Part shown: positions 38,925 to 52,300 of the stretch, in pieces | Position numbering within the stretch: position 1 is the stretch's first letter | Layout: the number at the start of each line of letters is the position of its first letter | Source: Macrostomum hystrix | Lineage: Eukaryota > Animalia > Platyhelminthes | Reading direction: 5' to 3' | DNA: 64,000 nucleotides | Assembly: GCA_950097015.1 (NCBI GenBank) | Contig: CATNEN010000037.1 | Span: forward strand, 4,030,001-4,094,000 | Notes under the pieces: generated by a model | What the model saw: the letters and a program-made list of their open reading frames with translations, nothing else | What the model was told of the DNA's origin: nothing | The model's database searches: none | Program-made: the position numbers and the translations under genes

Positions 38925-39566
38925 AGATATTTGGCTGGATGTTTGGCTGGATGTTTGGCTGGATATTTGGCTGGATATTTGGCTGGATATATGGCTGGAT
39001 ATTTGGCTGGATATATGGCTGGATATTTGGCTGGATATATGGCTGGATATTTGGCTGGATATTTGGCTGGATGTTTGGCTGGATATTTGGCTGGATATTT
39101 GGCTGGATATTTGGCTGGATATTTGGCTGGATATTTGGCTGGATATTTGGCTGGATATTTGGCTGGATGTTTGGCTGGATGTTTGGCTGGATGTTTGGCT
39201 GGATATTTGGCTGGATATTTGGCTGGATATTTGGCTGGATATTTGGCTGGATATTTGGCTGGATATTTGGCTGGATATTTGGCTGGATATATGGCTGGAT
39301 ATTTGGCTGGATATTTGGCTGGATATTTGGCTGGATATTTGGCTGGATGTTTGGCTGGATATTTGGCTGGATATTTGGCTGGATGTTTGGCTGGATATTT
39401 GGCTGGATGTTTGGCTGGATGTTTGGCTGGATATATGGCTGGATATTTGGCTGGATATTTGGCTGGATATTTGGCTGGATATTTGGCTGGATATTTGGCT
39501 GGATATTTGGCTGGATGTTTGGCTGGATGTTTGGCTGGATATTTGGCTGGATGTTTGGCTGGATAT
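38925..39566. repeat. 12-bp minisatellite (GGATATTTGGCT), ~53 copies
   Basis: Direct tandem repetition. Confidence 0.97.
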
Positions 39567-39567
39567 A

Positions 39568-39775
39568 TAGAGGAAGAGGAAGAGGAAGAAGAGGAAGAGG
39601 AAGAGGAAGAAGAGGAAGAGGAAGAGGAAGAAGAGGAAGAGGAAGAGGAAGAGGAAGAAGAGGAAGAGGAAGAGGAAGAGGAAGAGGAAGAAGAGGAAGA
39701 GGAAGAGGAAGAGGAAGAAGAGGAAGAGGAAGAAGAAGAAGAGGAAGAGGAAGAGGAAGAGGAAAATGAGGAGGA
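39568..39775. repeat. Almost purely purine (GAG/GAA)n tract
   Basis: About 200 nt of A/G only, seen directly. Confidence 0.95.
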
Positions 39776-40403
39776 AAAATTTGTCAAAAAAATGAAAGGC
39801 GTTGGTGGTAAAATAAAATTAGACAAATGCAGAATATGCACTTATCCTAGGGTGAAACAGGGAAAACTCTGAAGGTTGAGTGCAATTTGTGGGGCACAAT
39901 TAAATTAGGCAGGTACCCAACCAGCATTTTGGCTCCTTTGTATTCACACTGAAATGTCATCTGATGATGAGAATCTTCTGAATTTCTAGTGAAATACCCT
40001 GACGTGTTCGCCTCCATCAGGTTGTCCATTAGCAACCTGTGCTTATGGATAATTTCAACCAGCATACGAGCTAGAAGGCGCTGTGAAGCCATTAATAATA
40101 CAAACTATGAGGGCCTTCTGGAAGACCGGTCGCCCACAATCAACTCAAACCATCTGAGCTTGGCCACTTCACTGCAATCACTGCTAGCCAATCAATAAAC
40201 GCTTTCAGCTTGAGCAGGTGTTTCTAACGGGGCTCAATAGTTTGCAAATTTAGCTGCTCCACATCTGTCCATCGCTCTCATGTGGGGACAATCTGGTAAT
40301 TCGGCCAAAAACAATATACTTTTTCCTTTCTCAATAACAAGTCTTTGGCGGTGTTGATTCGGATTAAAATAACTGCGGCTTCTGTGTGAATCTGACGATT
40401 AGG

Positions 40404-41150
40404 ATGGACACCCTGAATCTGTCAACTCTTGATGGACACCCTGAATCTGTCTAATAAAGATGGACACCCTGAATCTGTCAACTCTTGATGGACACCCTGA
40501 ATCTGTCAACTCTTGATGGACACCCTGAATCTGTCAACTCTTGATGGACACCCTGAATCTGTCAACTCTTGATGGACACCCTGAATCTGTCAACTCTTGA
40601 TGGACACCCTGAATCTGTCAACTCTTGATGGACACCCTGAATCTGTCAACTCTTGATGGACACCCTGAATCTGTCTAATAAAGATGGACACCCTGAATCT
40701 GTCAACTCTTGATGGACACCCTGAATCTGTCAACTCTTGATGGACACCCTGAATCTGTCAACTCTTGATGGACACCCTGAATCTGTCAACTCTTGATGGA
40801 CACCCTGAATCTGTCTAATAAAGATGGACACCCTGAATCTGTCAACTCTTGATGGACACCCTGAATCTGTCAACTCTTGATGGACACCCTGAATCTGTCT
40901 AATAAAGATGGACACCCTGAATCTGTCAACTCTTGATGGACACCCTGAATCTGTCAACTCTTGATGGACACCCTGAAACTGTCAACTCTTGATGGACACC
41001 CTGAATCTGTCTAATAAAGATGGACACCCTGAATCTGTCAACTCTTGATGGACACCCTGAATCTGTCAACTCTTGATGGACACCCTGAATCTGTCAACTC
41101 TTGATGGACACCCTGAACGTGTCAAGTCTTGATAGACACCCCGAATCTCT
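40404..41150. repeat. 28-bp minisatellite (GATGGACACCCTGAATCTGTCAACTCTT; variant ending CTAATAAA), ~26 copies
   Basis: Direct tandem repetition with two alternative tails. Confidence 0.95.
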
Positions 41151-41754
41151 CAATTATATCAAGTGGACACCTTACATCTGACAAATCAAGATAAACGCCC
41201 TGAATCTGTCAGTCCATGTGGACACACGAAACCTTGGTGTTGGATGGATCCTTATGAACTTCAGGAAGAATTTAATTATGCTCGTCATTTGCGACATTTT
41301 AGATTTATTTTAGATCAGCTTTTCCGCGTGCGTGAACCTCTCGAACCGTTTTTTTCTTGTTGATTCCTCATCAACGAGCGTAGGCGGTAGATTAGCTCGT
41401 TAGCTCGTGATGATGCTGTACTTATCTCAAGGTACTTATCTCATCTGGTTAGTTTTTTTGCCGTTTTGGTTTTTTCAATGCTCGATTTTTCGTTGTTGTT
41501 TAGTGTGACTTTTTTATTTTTGCACTAAAATACCTGGTTAAGTTTTCGTTTTGATTTTTTTCAATTTTACTAAGTTGTTGTTGATTAAACTACTCGTAGA
41601 TTTATTAGTAGTACAGTAAGGATATGAACATTGAAAAAAAAGCATAGAAACAAAGTAAAAAGAGAAAATCGGGTTGATGAAGACATTTAATGGACGTCTT
41701 ATATATTGTTTATCTCTATCTCGGTTTCAGCGCCAATTCAATGGGCAGTCAGCG

Positions 41755-41970
<216 letters not shown>

Positions 41971-42464
41971 GATTAATGCAGAGCTGATTTGTAATCCAGC
42001 TCAGACTGTAGGCCATGAAATGAAGGGACGCGGCTGCTGTTGCTGATGACAAACAAGATGACAGGCGGGTCATGGCGCTGCGTGGCTGATGTATTATGCT
42101 GCGTGGTCGGATGGCCAACGGGCGCACGGACAGCCAAAACAAAAAAATAAAAAACAGCAACAGTTTGACATTCCTTTATACCAGAGCAGAACACGGAAAA
42201 CATGAAGACATAGGAGTCAGATAAGACTCGGAGAAGGGACCCAAGTAGAAGGAATTTGTAATGAGAAATGAAGGAAAAATTAGATAGATGAATGCGGGGC
42301 TGGGGCAAGGAGGCACTGCAAGGAAAGAATCGGGCCAAAAGTAAAGAAAGGAAGACTCGACAAGTAGCGGCACAGACATGTTGAAAGTCACGGGGGACAA
42401 AACACTGGAACATGAAGCAGGAAAAAACAAAACACTAACAGAAAGCTGCAGAACATCTTAAAGT

Positions 42465-45400
42465 AGATCTAGAAACTGATCTAGAAACAGAAGCAGATCT
42501 TGAAACTAATCTAGAAACAGAAGCAGATCTTAAAACTGATCTAGAAACGGAAGCAGATCTTGAAACTGATCTAGAAACAGAAGCAGATCTAGAAACTGAT
42601 CTAGAAACAGAAGCAGATCTAGAAACTGATCTAGAAACAGAAGCAGATCTAGAAACTGATCTAGAAACAGAAGCAGATCTTGAAACTAATCTAGAAACAG
42701 AAGCAGATCTTGAAACTGATCTAGAAACGGAAGCAGATCTTGAAACTGATCTAGAAACAGAAGCAGATCTTGAAACTGATCTAGAAACAGAAGCAGATCT
42801 TGAAACAAATCTAGAAACAGAAGCAGATCTTGAAACTGATCTAGAAACAGAAGCAGATCTAGAAACTGATCTAGAAACAGAAGCAGATCTAGAAACTGAT
42901 CTAGAAACAGAAGCAGATCTAGAAACTGATCTAGAAACAGAAGCAGATCTAGAAACTGATCTAGAAACGGAAGCAGATCTAGAAACTGATCTAGAAACAG
43001 AAGCAGATCTAGAAACTGATCTAGAAACGGAAGCAGATCTTGAAACTGATCTAGAAACAGAAGCAGATCTAGAAACTGATCTAGAAACAGAAGCAGATCT
43101 AGAAACTGATCTAGAAACAGAAGCAGATCTAGAAACTGATCTAGAAACGGAAGCAGATCTAGAAACTGATCTAGAAACAGAAGCAGATCTAGAAACTGAT
43201 CTAGAAACGGAAGCAGATCTTGAAACTGATCTAGAAACAGAAGCAGATCTAGAAACTGATCTAGAAACAGAAGCAGATCTAGAAACTGATCTAGAAACAG
43301 AAGCAGATCTAGAAACTGATCTAGAAACGGAAGCAGATCTTGAAACTGATCTAGAAACAGAAGCAGATCTAGAAACTGATCTAGAAACAGAAGCAGATCT
43401 AGAAACTGATCTAGAAACGGAAGCAGATCTTGAAACTGATCTAGAAACAGAAGCAGATCTTGAAACTGATCTAGAAACAGAAGCAGATCTAGAAACTGAT
43501 CTAGAAACAGAAGCAGATCTAGAAACTGATCTAGAAACAGAAGCAGATCTAGAAACTGATCTAGAAACAGAAGCAGATCTAGAAACTGATCTAGAAACGG
43601 AAGCAGATCTAGAAACTGATCTAGAAACAGAAGCAGATCTAGAAACTGATCTAGAAACGGAAGCAGATCTTGAAACTGATCTAGAAACAGAAGCAGATCT
43701 AGAAACTGATCTAGAAACAGAAGCAGATCTAGAAACTGATCTAGAAACAGAAGCAGATCTAGAAACTGATCTAGAAACGGAAGCAGATCTTGAAACTGAT
43801 CTAGAAACAGAAGCAGATCTTGAAACTGATCTAGAAACAGAAGCAGATCTAGAAACTGATCTAGAAACGGAAGCAGATCTAGAAACTGATCTAGAAACAG
43901 AAGCAGATCTAGAAACTGATCTAGAAACAGAAGCAGATCTAGAAACTGATCTAGAAACAGAAGCAGATCTTGAAACTGATCTAGAAACAGAAGCAGATCT
44001 AGAAACTGATCTAGAAACGGAAGCAGATCTTGAAACTGATCTAGAAACAGAAGCAGATCTTGAAACTGATCTAGAAACAGAAGCAGATCTAGAAACTGAT
44101 CTAGAAACGGAAGCAGATCTAGAAACTAATCTAGAAACAGAAGCAGATCTAGAAACTGATCTAGAAACAGAAGCAGATCTAGAAACTGATCTAGAAACAG
44201 AAGCAGATCTAGAAACTGATCTAGAAACAGAAGCAGATCTAGAAACTGATCTAGAAACAGAAGCAGATCTAGAAACTGATCTAGAAACAGAAGCAGATCT
44301 TGAAACTAATCTAGAAACAGAAGCAGATCTTGAAACTGATCTAGAAACGGAAGCAGATCTTGAAACTGATCTAGAAACAGAAGCAGATCTAGAAACTGAT
44401 CTAGAAACAGAAGCAGATCTTGAAACAAATCTAGAAACAGAAGCAGATCTAGAAACTGATCTAGAAACAGAAGCAGATCTAGAAACTGATCTAGAAACAG
44501 AAGCAGATCTAGAAACTGATCTAGAAACAGAAGCAGATCTAGAAACTGATCTAGAAACAGAAGCAGATCTAGAAACTGATCTAGAAACGGAAGCAGATCT
44601 AGAAACTGATCTAGAAACAGAAGCAGATCTAGAAACTGATCTAGAAACGGAAGCAGATCTTGAAACTGATCTAGAAACAGAAGCAGATCTAGAAACTGAT
44701 CTAGAAACAGAAGCAGATCTAGAAACTGATCTAGAAACAGAAGCAGATCTAGAAACTGATCTAGAAACGGAAGCAGATCTAGAAACTGATCTAGAAACAG
44801 AAGCAGATCTAGAAACTGATCTAGAAACGGAAGCAGATCTTGAAACTGATCTAGAAACAGAAGCAGATCTAGAAACTGATCTAGAAACAGAAGCAGATCT
44901 AGAAACTGATCTAGAAACAGAAGCAGATCTAGAAACTGATCTAGAAACGGAAGCAGATCTTGAAACTGATCTAGAAACAGAAGCAGATCTAGAAACTGAT
45001 CTAGAAACAGAAGCAGATCTAGAAACTGATCTAGAAACGGAAGCAGATCTTGAAACTGATCTAGAAACAGAAGCAGATCTTGAAACTGATCTAGAAACAG
45101 AAGCAGATCTAGAAACTGATCTAGAAACAGAAGCAGATCTAGAAACTGATCTAGAAACAGAAGCAGATCTAGAAACTGATCTAGAAACAGAAGCAGATCT
45201 AGAAACTGATCTAGAAACGGAAGCAGATCTAGAAACTGATCTAGAAACAGAAGCAGATCTAGAAACTGATCTAGAAACGGAAGCAGATCTTGAAACTGAT
45301 CTAGAAACAGAAGCAGATCTAGAAACTGATCTAGAAACAGAAGCAGATCTAGAAACTGATCTAGAAACAGAAGCAGATCTAGAAACTGATCTAGAAACAG

Positions 45401-46800
45401 AAGCAGATCTAGAAACTGATCTAGAAACAGAAGCAGATCTAGAAACTGATCTAGAAACGGAAGCAGATCTAGAAACTGATCTAGAAACAGAAGCAGATCT
45501 AGAAACTGATCTAGAAACGGAAGCAGATCTTGAAACTGATCTAGAAACAGAAGCAGATCTAGAAACTGATCTAGAAACAGAAGCAGATCTAGAAACTGAT
45601 CTAGAAACAGAAGCAGATCTAGAAACTGATCTAGAAACAGAAGCAGATCTTGAAACTGATCTAGAAACAGAAGCAGATCTAGAAACTGATCTAGAAACGG
45701 AAGCAGATCTAGAAACTGATCTAGAAACAGAAGCAGATCTAGAAACTGATCTAGAAACAGAAGCAGATCTAGAAACTGATCTAGAAACGGAAGCAGATCT
45801 TGAAACTGATCTAGAAACAGAAGCAGATCTTGAAACTGATCTAGAAACAGAAGCAGATCTTGAAACTGATCTAGAAACGGAAGCAGATCTAGAAACTGAT
45901 CTAGAAACAGAAGCAGATCTAGAAACTGATCTAGAAATAGAAGCAGATCTAGAAACTGATCTAGAAACGGAAGCAGATCTTGAAACTGATCTAGAAACAG
46001 AAGCAGATCTAGAAACTGATCTAGAAACAGAAGCAGATCTAGAAACTGATCTAGAAACAGAAGCAGATCTAGAAACTGATCTAGAAATAGAAGCAGATCT
46101 AGAAACTGATCTAGAAACAGAAGCAGATCTTGAAACTGATCTAGAAACAGAAGCAGATCTAGAAACTGATCTAGAAACAGAAGCAGATCTAGAAACTGAT
46201 CTAGAAACAGAAGCAGATCTAGAAACTGATCTAGAAACGGAAGCAGATCTTGAAACTGATCTAGAAACAGAAGCAGATCTTGAAACTGATCTAGAAACAG
46301 AAGCAGATCTAGAAACTGATCTAGAAACAGAAGCAGATCTAGAAACTGATCTAGAAACAGAAGCAGATCTAGAAACTGATCTAGAAACAGAAGCAGATCT
46401 AGAAACTGATCTAGAAACGGAAGCAGATCTAGAAACTGATCTAGAAACAGAAGCAGATCTTGAAACTGATCTAGAAACGGAAGCAGATCTTGAAACTGAT
46501 CTAGAAACAGAAGCAGATCTAGAAACTGATCTAGAAACAGAAGCAGATCTAGAAACTGATCTAGAAACAGAAGCAGATCTAGAAACTGATCTAGAAACGG
46601 AAGCAGATCTTGAAACTGATCTAGAAACAGAAGCAGATCTTGAAACTGATCTAGAAACAGAAGCAGATCTTGAAACTGATCTAGAAACGGAAGCAGATCT
46701 AGAAACTGATCTAGAAACAGAAGCAGATCTAGAAACTGATCTAGAAATAGAAGCAGATCTAGAAACTGATCTAGAAACAGGAATAGCTCTAGAAACAGAT
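42465..46800. repeat. ~4.3-kb 30-bp satellite (AGAAACTGATCT-AGAAACAGAAGCAGATCT; 12+18 substructure), ~145 copies
   Basis: Direct tandem repetition; successive 60-nt lines are near-identical. Confidence 0.99.
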
Positions 46801-47124
46801 TTAGTAACAATTGAAATCAGAATATCTAAAAGCAGATCATGAGGTAGATATAGAAACAGATCCAGAAGCAGATCTAGAAGCAATAAAGTTGCAGGGTGTC
46901 CTAATAGTGAAACTGGTTTTGTACATGGGGTCTAACTATTCGCATGCCAACTGTGAAGCACAATTGTTCACCCTGGCCTGGCATAGGGCACTGATTGGCT
47001 GTTCGTGTATTATGCTTTGTCTTCCATCGCTGAAACATTAATGCATATTTTCACAATATTATATCAAAGCGAAACTTCAGCAGTTTGCTTAGGCAAATTA
47101 CAAATTACAAATTACAAGTTAAAG

Positions 47125-47196
47125 CGATTTAAGCAGGATTCGAACCTTGAGTTTGGTGTGCTCAAGCGACAGCGTGTTAGGTCACTCAGCCGTCCC
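47125..47196 (-). pseudogene. Degenerate tRNA-like sequence (pseudo-tRNA or head of a tRNA-derived SINE)
   Basis: Minus strand has A-box-like CGGCTGAGTGA and perfect B-box GGTTCGAATCC at tRNA-like spacing. I could not fold a clean acceptor stem. Confidence 0.5.
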
Positions 47197-47569
47197 GAAT
47201 AGACGTAGATAGTCTCGCAGGACTATTATAAGCTGTGCATTCTCCCTAATCTCGTATTCTCCCCATTTCCTTTTTGCTATTCCCATTCGCTGCATTTCAA
47301 ACCAAGCGTGATTCTCTCTCTTGTTAACCTCATTTTCTTTCTTCTATTCGACTTTCGGCCCGTCCCCAAGCTTCCTCTTGCCTCCCCCAAGCCACCCAGC
47401 CAATCCGTTCGAACCCGAATCGGTCTCGCCCGGCTAAAATAAGGCGCAGGAGAAATTGTCCGACTAGTGACAAAAGGCCAGTCAAAGCCGCTTTCCCAAC
47501 CGAAAAGGAATAGGAAATATCCTCCGTTCCGAATCCCCAGCTAGACCAGCCCTCCGGGATCTCGCGGGA

Positions 47570-49263
47570 ATGTCTGAACCGCCTGGCGCAGTCGAATGCG
47601 CCCTCGCGGTGCCCCTGATGGTGGCGGTGATCCTGCTGACGGTGATCGGCAACGCCCTGGTGATTCTGGCGGTGTTCACTTCAAGAGCTCTGCGCCAGGC
47701 TCAGAACTTTCTCATCGTCAGCCTGGCCTGCGCTGACATGGCTGTCGGCCTGCTAGTCCAGCCGTTGCAGGTCAAGACCTTCCTGACCGACGATGCGTGG
47801 CTACTGCCCCGGCTGGTGTGCACCGTATTCACAATGTCCGACATATTCTTCTGCACTGCCAGCATACTCAACCTGGCCGCCATCGCTGTGGACCGCTATT
47901 GCGCAATCAAATACCCGATACCCTACGCCAACAAAAGAACAACTGGCACCGTCTTGATGATGATTGGCGCCGCCTTCGGGCTTAGCGGAGCCATCAGCTT
48001 CGGGCCGCTGATCAGCTGGACTGGCGTCGGAGGCTCCGCCTTGGCGAACAACAGCAGCGGGCAGGTGTGCGAGCTGCCTAGTGCCAGCGGTTACATTGTG
48101 TTCAGCGCTTTGGGCAGCTTCTACCTGCCCGCAGCTGTCATTGCCGGCCTGTACATCAGCATCTACCTGGCGCTGAGGCGGCGACTGCGGCGGCGAGCGG
48201 CCGCCTCGGCGGTGAGCAAGTTTTCCCAGGTCACCGCCATGGCAACGCCTCCGCAACGGCAGCGGGTGAGTTTAGGTTGGAGTGAGTTTAGGTTGGGGTG
48301 AGTTTAGGTTGGAGTGTGAGTTTAGGCTGGAGTGAGTTTAGGCTGGGGTGAGTTTAGGCTGGGGTGAGTTTAGGTTGGAGTGAGTTTAGGTTGGGGTGAG
48401 TTTAGGTTGGAGTGTGAGTTTAGGCTGGGGTGAGTTTAGGCTGGGGTGAGTTTAGGTTGGAGTGAGTTTAGGTTGGGGTGAGTTTAGGCTGGGGTGAGTT
48501 TAGGTTGGGGTGAGTTTAGGTTGGGGTGAGTTTAGGCTGGGGTGAGTTTAGGTTGGAGTGAGTTTAGGTTGGGGTGAGTTTAGGCTGGGGTGAGGTTAGG
48601 CTGGGGTGAGTTTAGGCTGGGGTGAGTTTAGGTTGGAGTGAGTTTAGGTTGGGGTGAGTTTAGGTTGGAGTGTGAGTTTAGGCTGGGGTGAGTTTAGGCT
48701 GGGGTGAGTTTAGGCTGGGGTGAGTTTAGGCTGGGGTGAGTTTAGGTTGGAGTGAGTTTAGGCTGGGGTGAGTTTAGGCTGGGGTGAGTTTAGGTTGGAG
48801 TGAGTTTAGGCTGGGGTGAGTTTAGGTTGGGGTGAATATAGGTGTGAGTGAATTTAGGCTGGGGTTAGTGTGGGTTCTGCCGAGTTATGCCTAGTATTTC
48901 CATTTTCAGTTCAGGCCAGTAGTGAGTTTCGGTCGCTAGGGAGTGCACTGAGACGCAAGGCAGTGATTATTTCAATATTTGTTCAGATCCAAATGAGAGC
49001 CTGCAGCGGGGGATATGTAATCCATGTAGCCTCAGTAGGAAAGATACAGAAATGTTGATATATAACTTTTCTTCATTTACTTCCTCGCATCCGGCAAAAG
49101 AAGTATAGTTTTTATTTCCCCGGCTCCCTTGGGGAAGCTCTCATCGACTGACAAACTGGGGATCTGAAGGCTGAGTCCTGGGATCAGTGAGATCAAATCA
49201 TTGCCAGACTTGCAGGAGCACTATCTGTCTATCCATCTATCTGTCTATCTATCTATCTATCTG

Positions 49264-49303
<40 letters not shown>

Positions 49304-52300
49304 GGGATCAGAATTAAATATTTATAGTCTGCCTCTTGACCATTTTAGGCCGATGTGTTTTGCCATTATGCTCTGTTCCTAATTCGATCCCTTGGACTCT
49401 TGAAAGCTCATTTCGGACTTGATCCAAATTTGTTATTCTTTTTGATGCCCATCAGACAGCCCTACAATACATACGAGATGTACTTGTTGTATGGAACCAA
49501 TGCACTGGCTAATATGTTTCTAATTATAGACTGGGGCATATGAACATTAAGTGATCCTCTCTGATCTCCATTTTATTCCTCGGGAGATTTCTGATTTCTG
49601 ATTTATAAAGACGCAGCCGCAGCAGCAGCAGCAGCTGTCGAGTTTTCAAGTGCCACCACCAAGCCGGCAAAAACTTGTCAGGATTGGGTCTGGGATGTTA
49701 GCCAGATCCGGGTTCTATAATTCTAGAATGGGATTTTTTAGGACCGGAGTCTAGGGCATAAATTCTGGGCATTCATCAAACTCCACGGTTTGAGAGAGAT
49801 CGAAAGAGGGTGAAAAAAGCTGTGGAAATGTAGTAGAACGATAAAAATACGTCAAAGATGACAAAGATAAGATAATTGATGATGTCAGCGGAAAATTATT
49901 GTGAGTTGTCATGCAACGCATGTCAATTGTGCAGAGAACAGAAATGGCATTGACCGTAACCTATTGAGCGCATGAGTCTCATGTTAAACAAACAATTATT
50001 AAACGATTGTTAAACAATATTAATGGCAAAAAATATGGCGAATGTGCAAACAGGCGAATACCTACCTATGAAATTATGGAAATTATGAAAATAAAAGCGT
50101 ACATTGTCAATGCCTAATTGATTAATATAATTCAGGACTACTCTACAAAGAATTCGGAAAATGACACCTGAATTTTTCTCTCCCAGCCAATTATCGATCC
50201 GAGACCTTCATTTCTCTCCCCCAGCCAATCATTGATCCGAGACCTTCATTTCTCTCCCCCAGCCAATTATCGATCCGAGACCACATACCCACCCCACGAA
50301 TTTCATTTCTCTCCCCCAGCCAATTGTCGATCCGAGACCTTCATTTCTCTCCATTAGCCAATTATCGATCGGAGACCTTCATTTCTATCCCCCAGCCAAT
50401 TATCGATCCAAGACCACCTACCCACCCCCACACTTTTCATATCTCTCCCTCATTAAATGAACGATTCTGCGCCTAAAATGCAGTATTTTCACTCTACTCT
50501 GTTCGCACAGCGCAATTGAATACTTCTTCTCAAATCTAAAGGTTTATGGAGCAGAATGTAAGTGATATGAGCTATTAGAAATATGTTGTTGTACGAGAAT
50601 GTCTTATCAGCTTTCTAGACATCCCACGATTATACTACCTTAGTACTTGTGTTCCAGATATTTTCACGGTTAACAACGAAAATTCCAGCACAGGGTTTGA
50701 GCAGTGTTAGAAAACTGAGAGCGACTGGGTCCTTTCGAAGCCACAATCGTTGAGCGTGATCAAATTTCTCGAAATCTCTCTTTTAGGCCCATAGGTGAAT
50801 AGCTTAGTGACTAGCTGAAGATGAGATTTTCTTGCTCAAGCAGGTTCCAGACTCTTATGCATCAGCCTCCAACTGCAAAATTCTGTGCGGCCAAATTTCG
50901 TTGCTAACATTAAGTGTAATTCGATAACCTCCCTTTTTGCCTGGCAGGGCCGGCCGACTCACTTTGAGAGGCCGCCTGAGTTTCAGTGTTATTAAACGAA
51001 TTAGGCGCAAGAATTTGTTCAGAACTTAAGAGATTAGCGCGGTAGAGTGCGCGCTTTTACTCTGAACTTTTTGGCCCAGCGAAATCACTGCCCGATTTCG
51101 GGAAGTGCGCGTCGACTGCTTTTATAATCAACTTGACTGGTCGCTTCGAGTTAGTCAGATCGGCATTCTCGCTTCTCAATAAAGATTCAGTCAAATGTCA
51201 CCGAGCCCCGCACTGCTCACAATATGCGAATTATATGAATTGAGCACAGCTCACGTATAGTGATTTGTCATGCCAAAAATTAGGGGGAAGTTAATTGAAA
51301 ATGTTTAGTATTAATATTCTTTCATTACTTCAGAATGATAAATTGCAATGCAGACTTTTCTGATGCTTTTGCAGTTAAAGGGAGCCATTTTGAATCCGCG
51401 ATCTCTAACTAATTTATATAGTTCTTGAAGTTACGAAGAGTAATCAGAACTGCCAGTTTTTAAACTGTCCACAGCGCGCTTGTTAATAAAAAGCATCCTC
51501 CATATCAGGGATATCAGAAACCCAAGACCTCTCCATAAACCCTAGTACCTCTCCATAAACAATAGTGCCTCTCCATAAACCCTAGTAGCTCTCCATAAAC
51601 CCTAGTAGCTCTCCATAAACCCTAGTAGCTCTCCATAAACCCTAGTAGCTCTCCATAAACCCTAGTAGCTCTCCATAAACCCTAGTAGCTCTCCATAAAC
51701 CCTAGTAGCTCTCCATAAACCCTAGTAGCTCTCCATAAACCCTAGTAGCTCTCCATAAACCCTAGTAGCTCTCCATAATCTTAATACCTCTCTATAAACC
51801 CTTGTACCTCTCCATAACCAATTAATACCTCTCCATAAACCCTAGTACCTCTCTATAAACCCTATTACCTCTCCATAAACTCTAGTAGCTCTCCATAGAC
51901 CCTAATACCTCTCCATAAACCCTAGTACCTCTCTATAAACCCTATTACCTCTCCATAGACCCTAATACCTCTCCATAAACCCTAATACCTCTCCATAAAC
52001 CCTAGTACCTCTCCATAAACCCTATTACCTCTCCATAAACTCTAGTAGCTCTCCATAGACCCTAATACCTCTCCATAAACCCTAGTACCTCTCCATAAAC
52101 CCTAATACCTCTCCATAAACCCTAATACCTCTCCATAAACCCTAATACCTCTCCATAAACCCTAATACCTCTCCATAAACCCTAATACCTCTCCATAAAC
52201 CCTAGTACCTCTCCATAAACCCTATTACCTCTCCATAAACTCTAGTAGCTCTCCATAGACCCTAATACCTCTCCATAAACCCTAGTACCTCTCCATAAAC

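Noticed and set aside
38786-39872. KYPA/poly-Ser, GYLA/poly-Glu and FGWI/RG ORFs
   Set aside because: All three frames are open simply because of the 12-bp and GAR repeats.
39961-40010. CTGATGA...GAAA as a possible hammerhead ribozyme (also CTGATGA at 38735-38729 minus and at 53136)
   Set aside because: Stem II does not close directly on the core, GAAA or stem III/NUH is missing or unpaired, and no stem I partner was found.
40404-41150. 28-bp repeat as a possible CRISPR array
   Set aside because: Units are contiguous with no unique spacers, there are no cas genes, and the context is eukaryotic. The same applies to the 38-bp repeat at 50172.
42435-46883. 1482-aa SRSVSRSASV ORF resembling an SR/RS-domain protein, and an 834-aa LDQF ORF
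   Set aside because: Pure 30-bp satellite, with non-ATG starts and no flanking domain or plausible exon structure.
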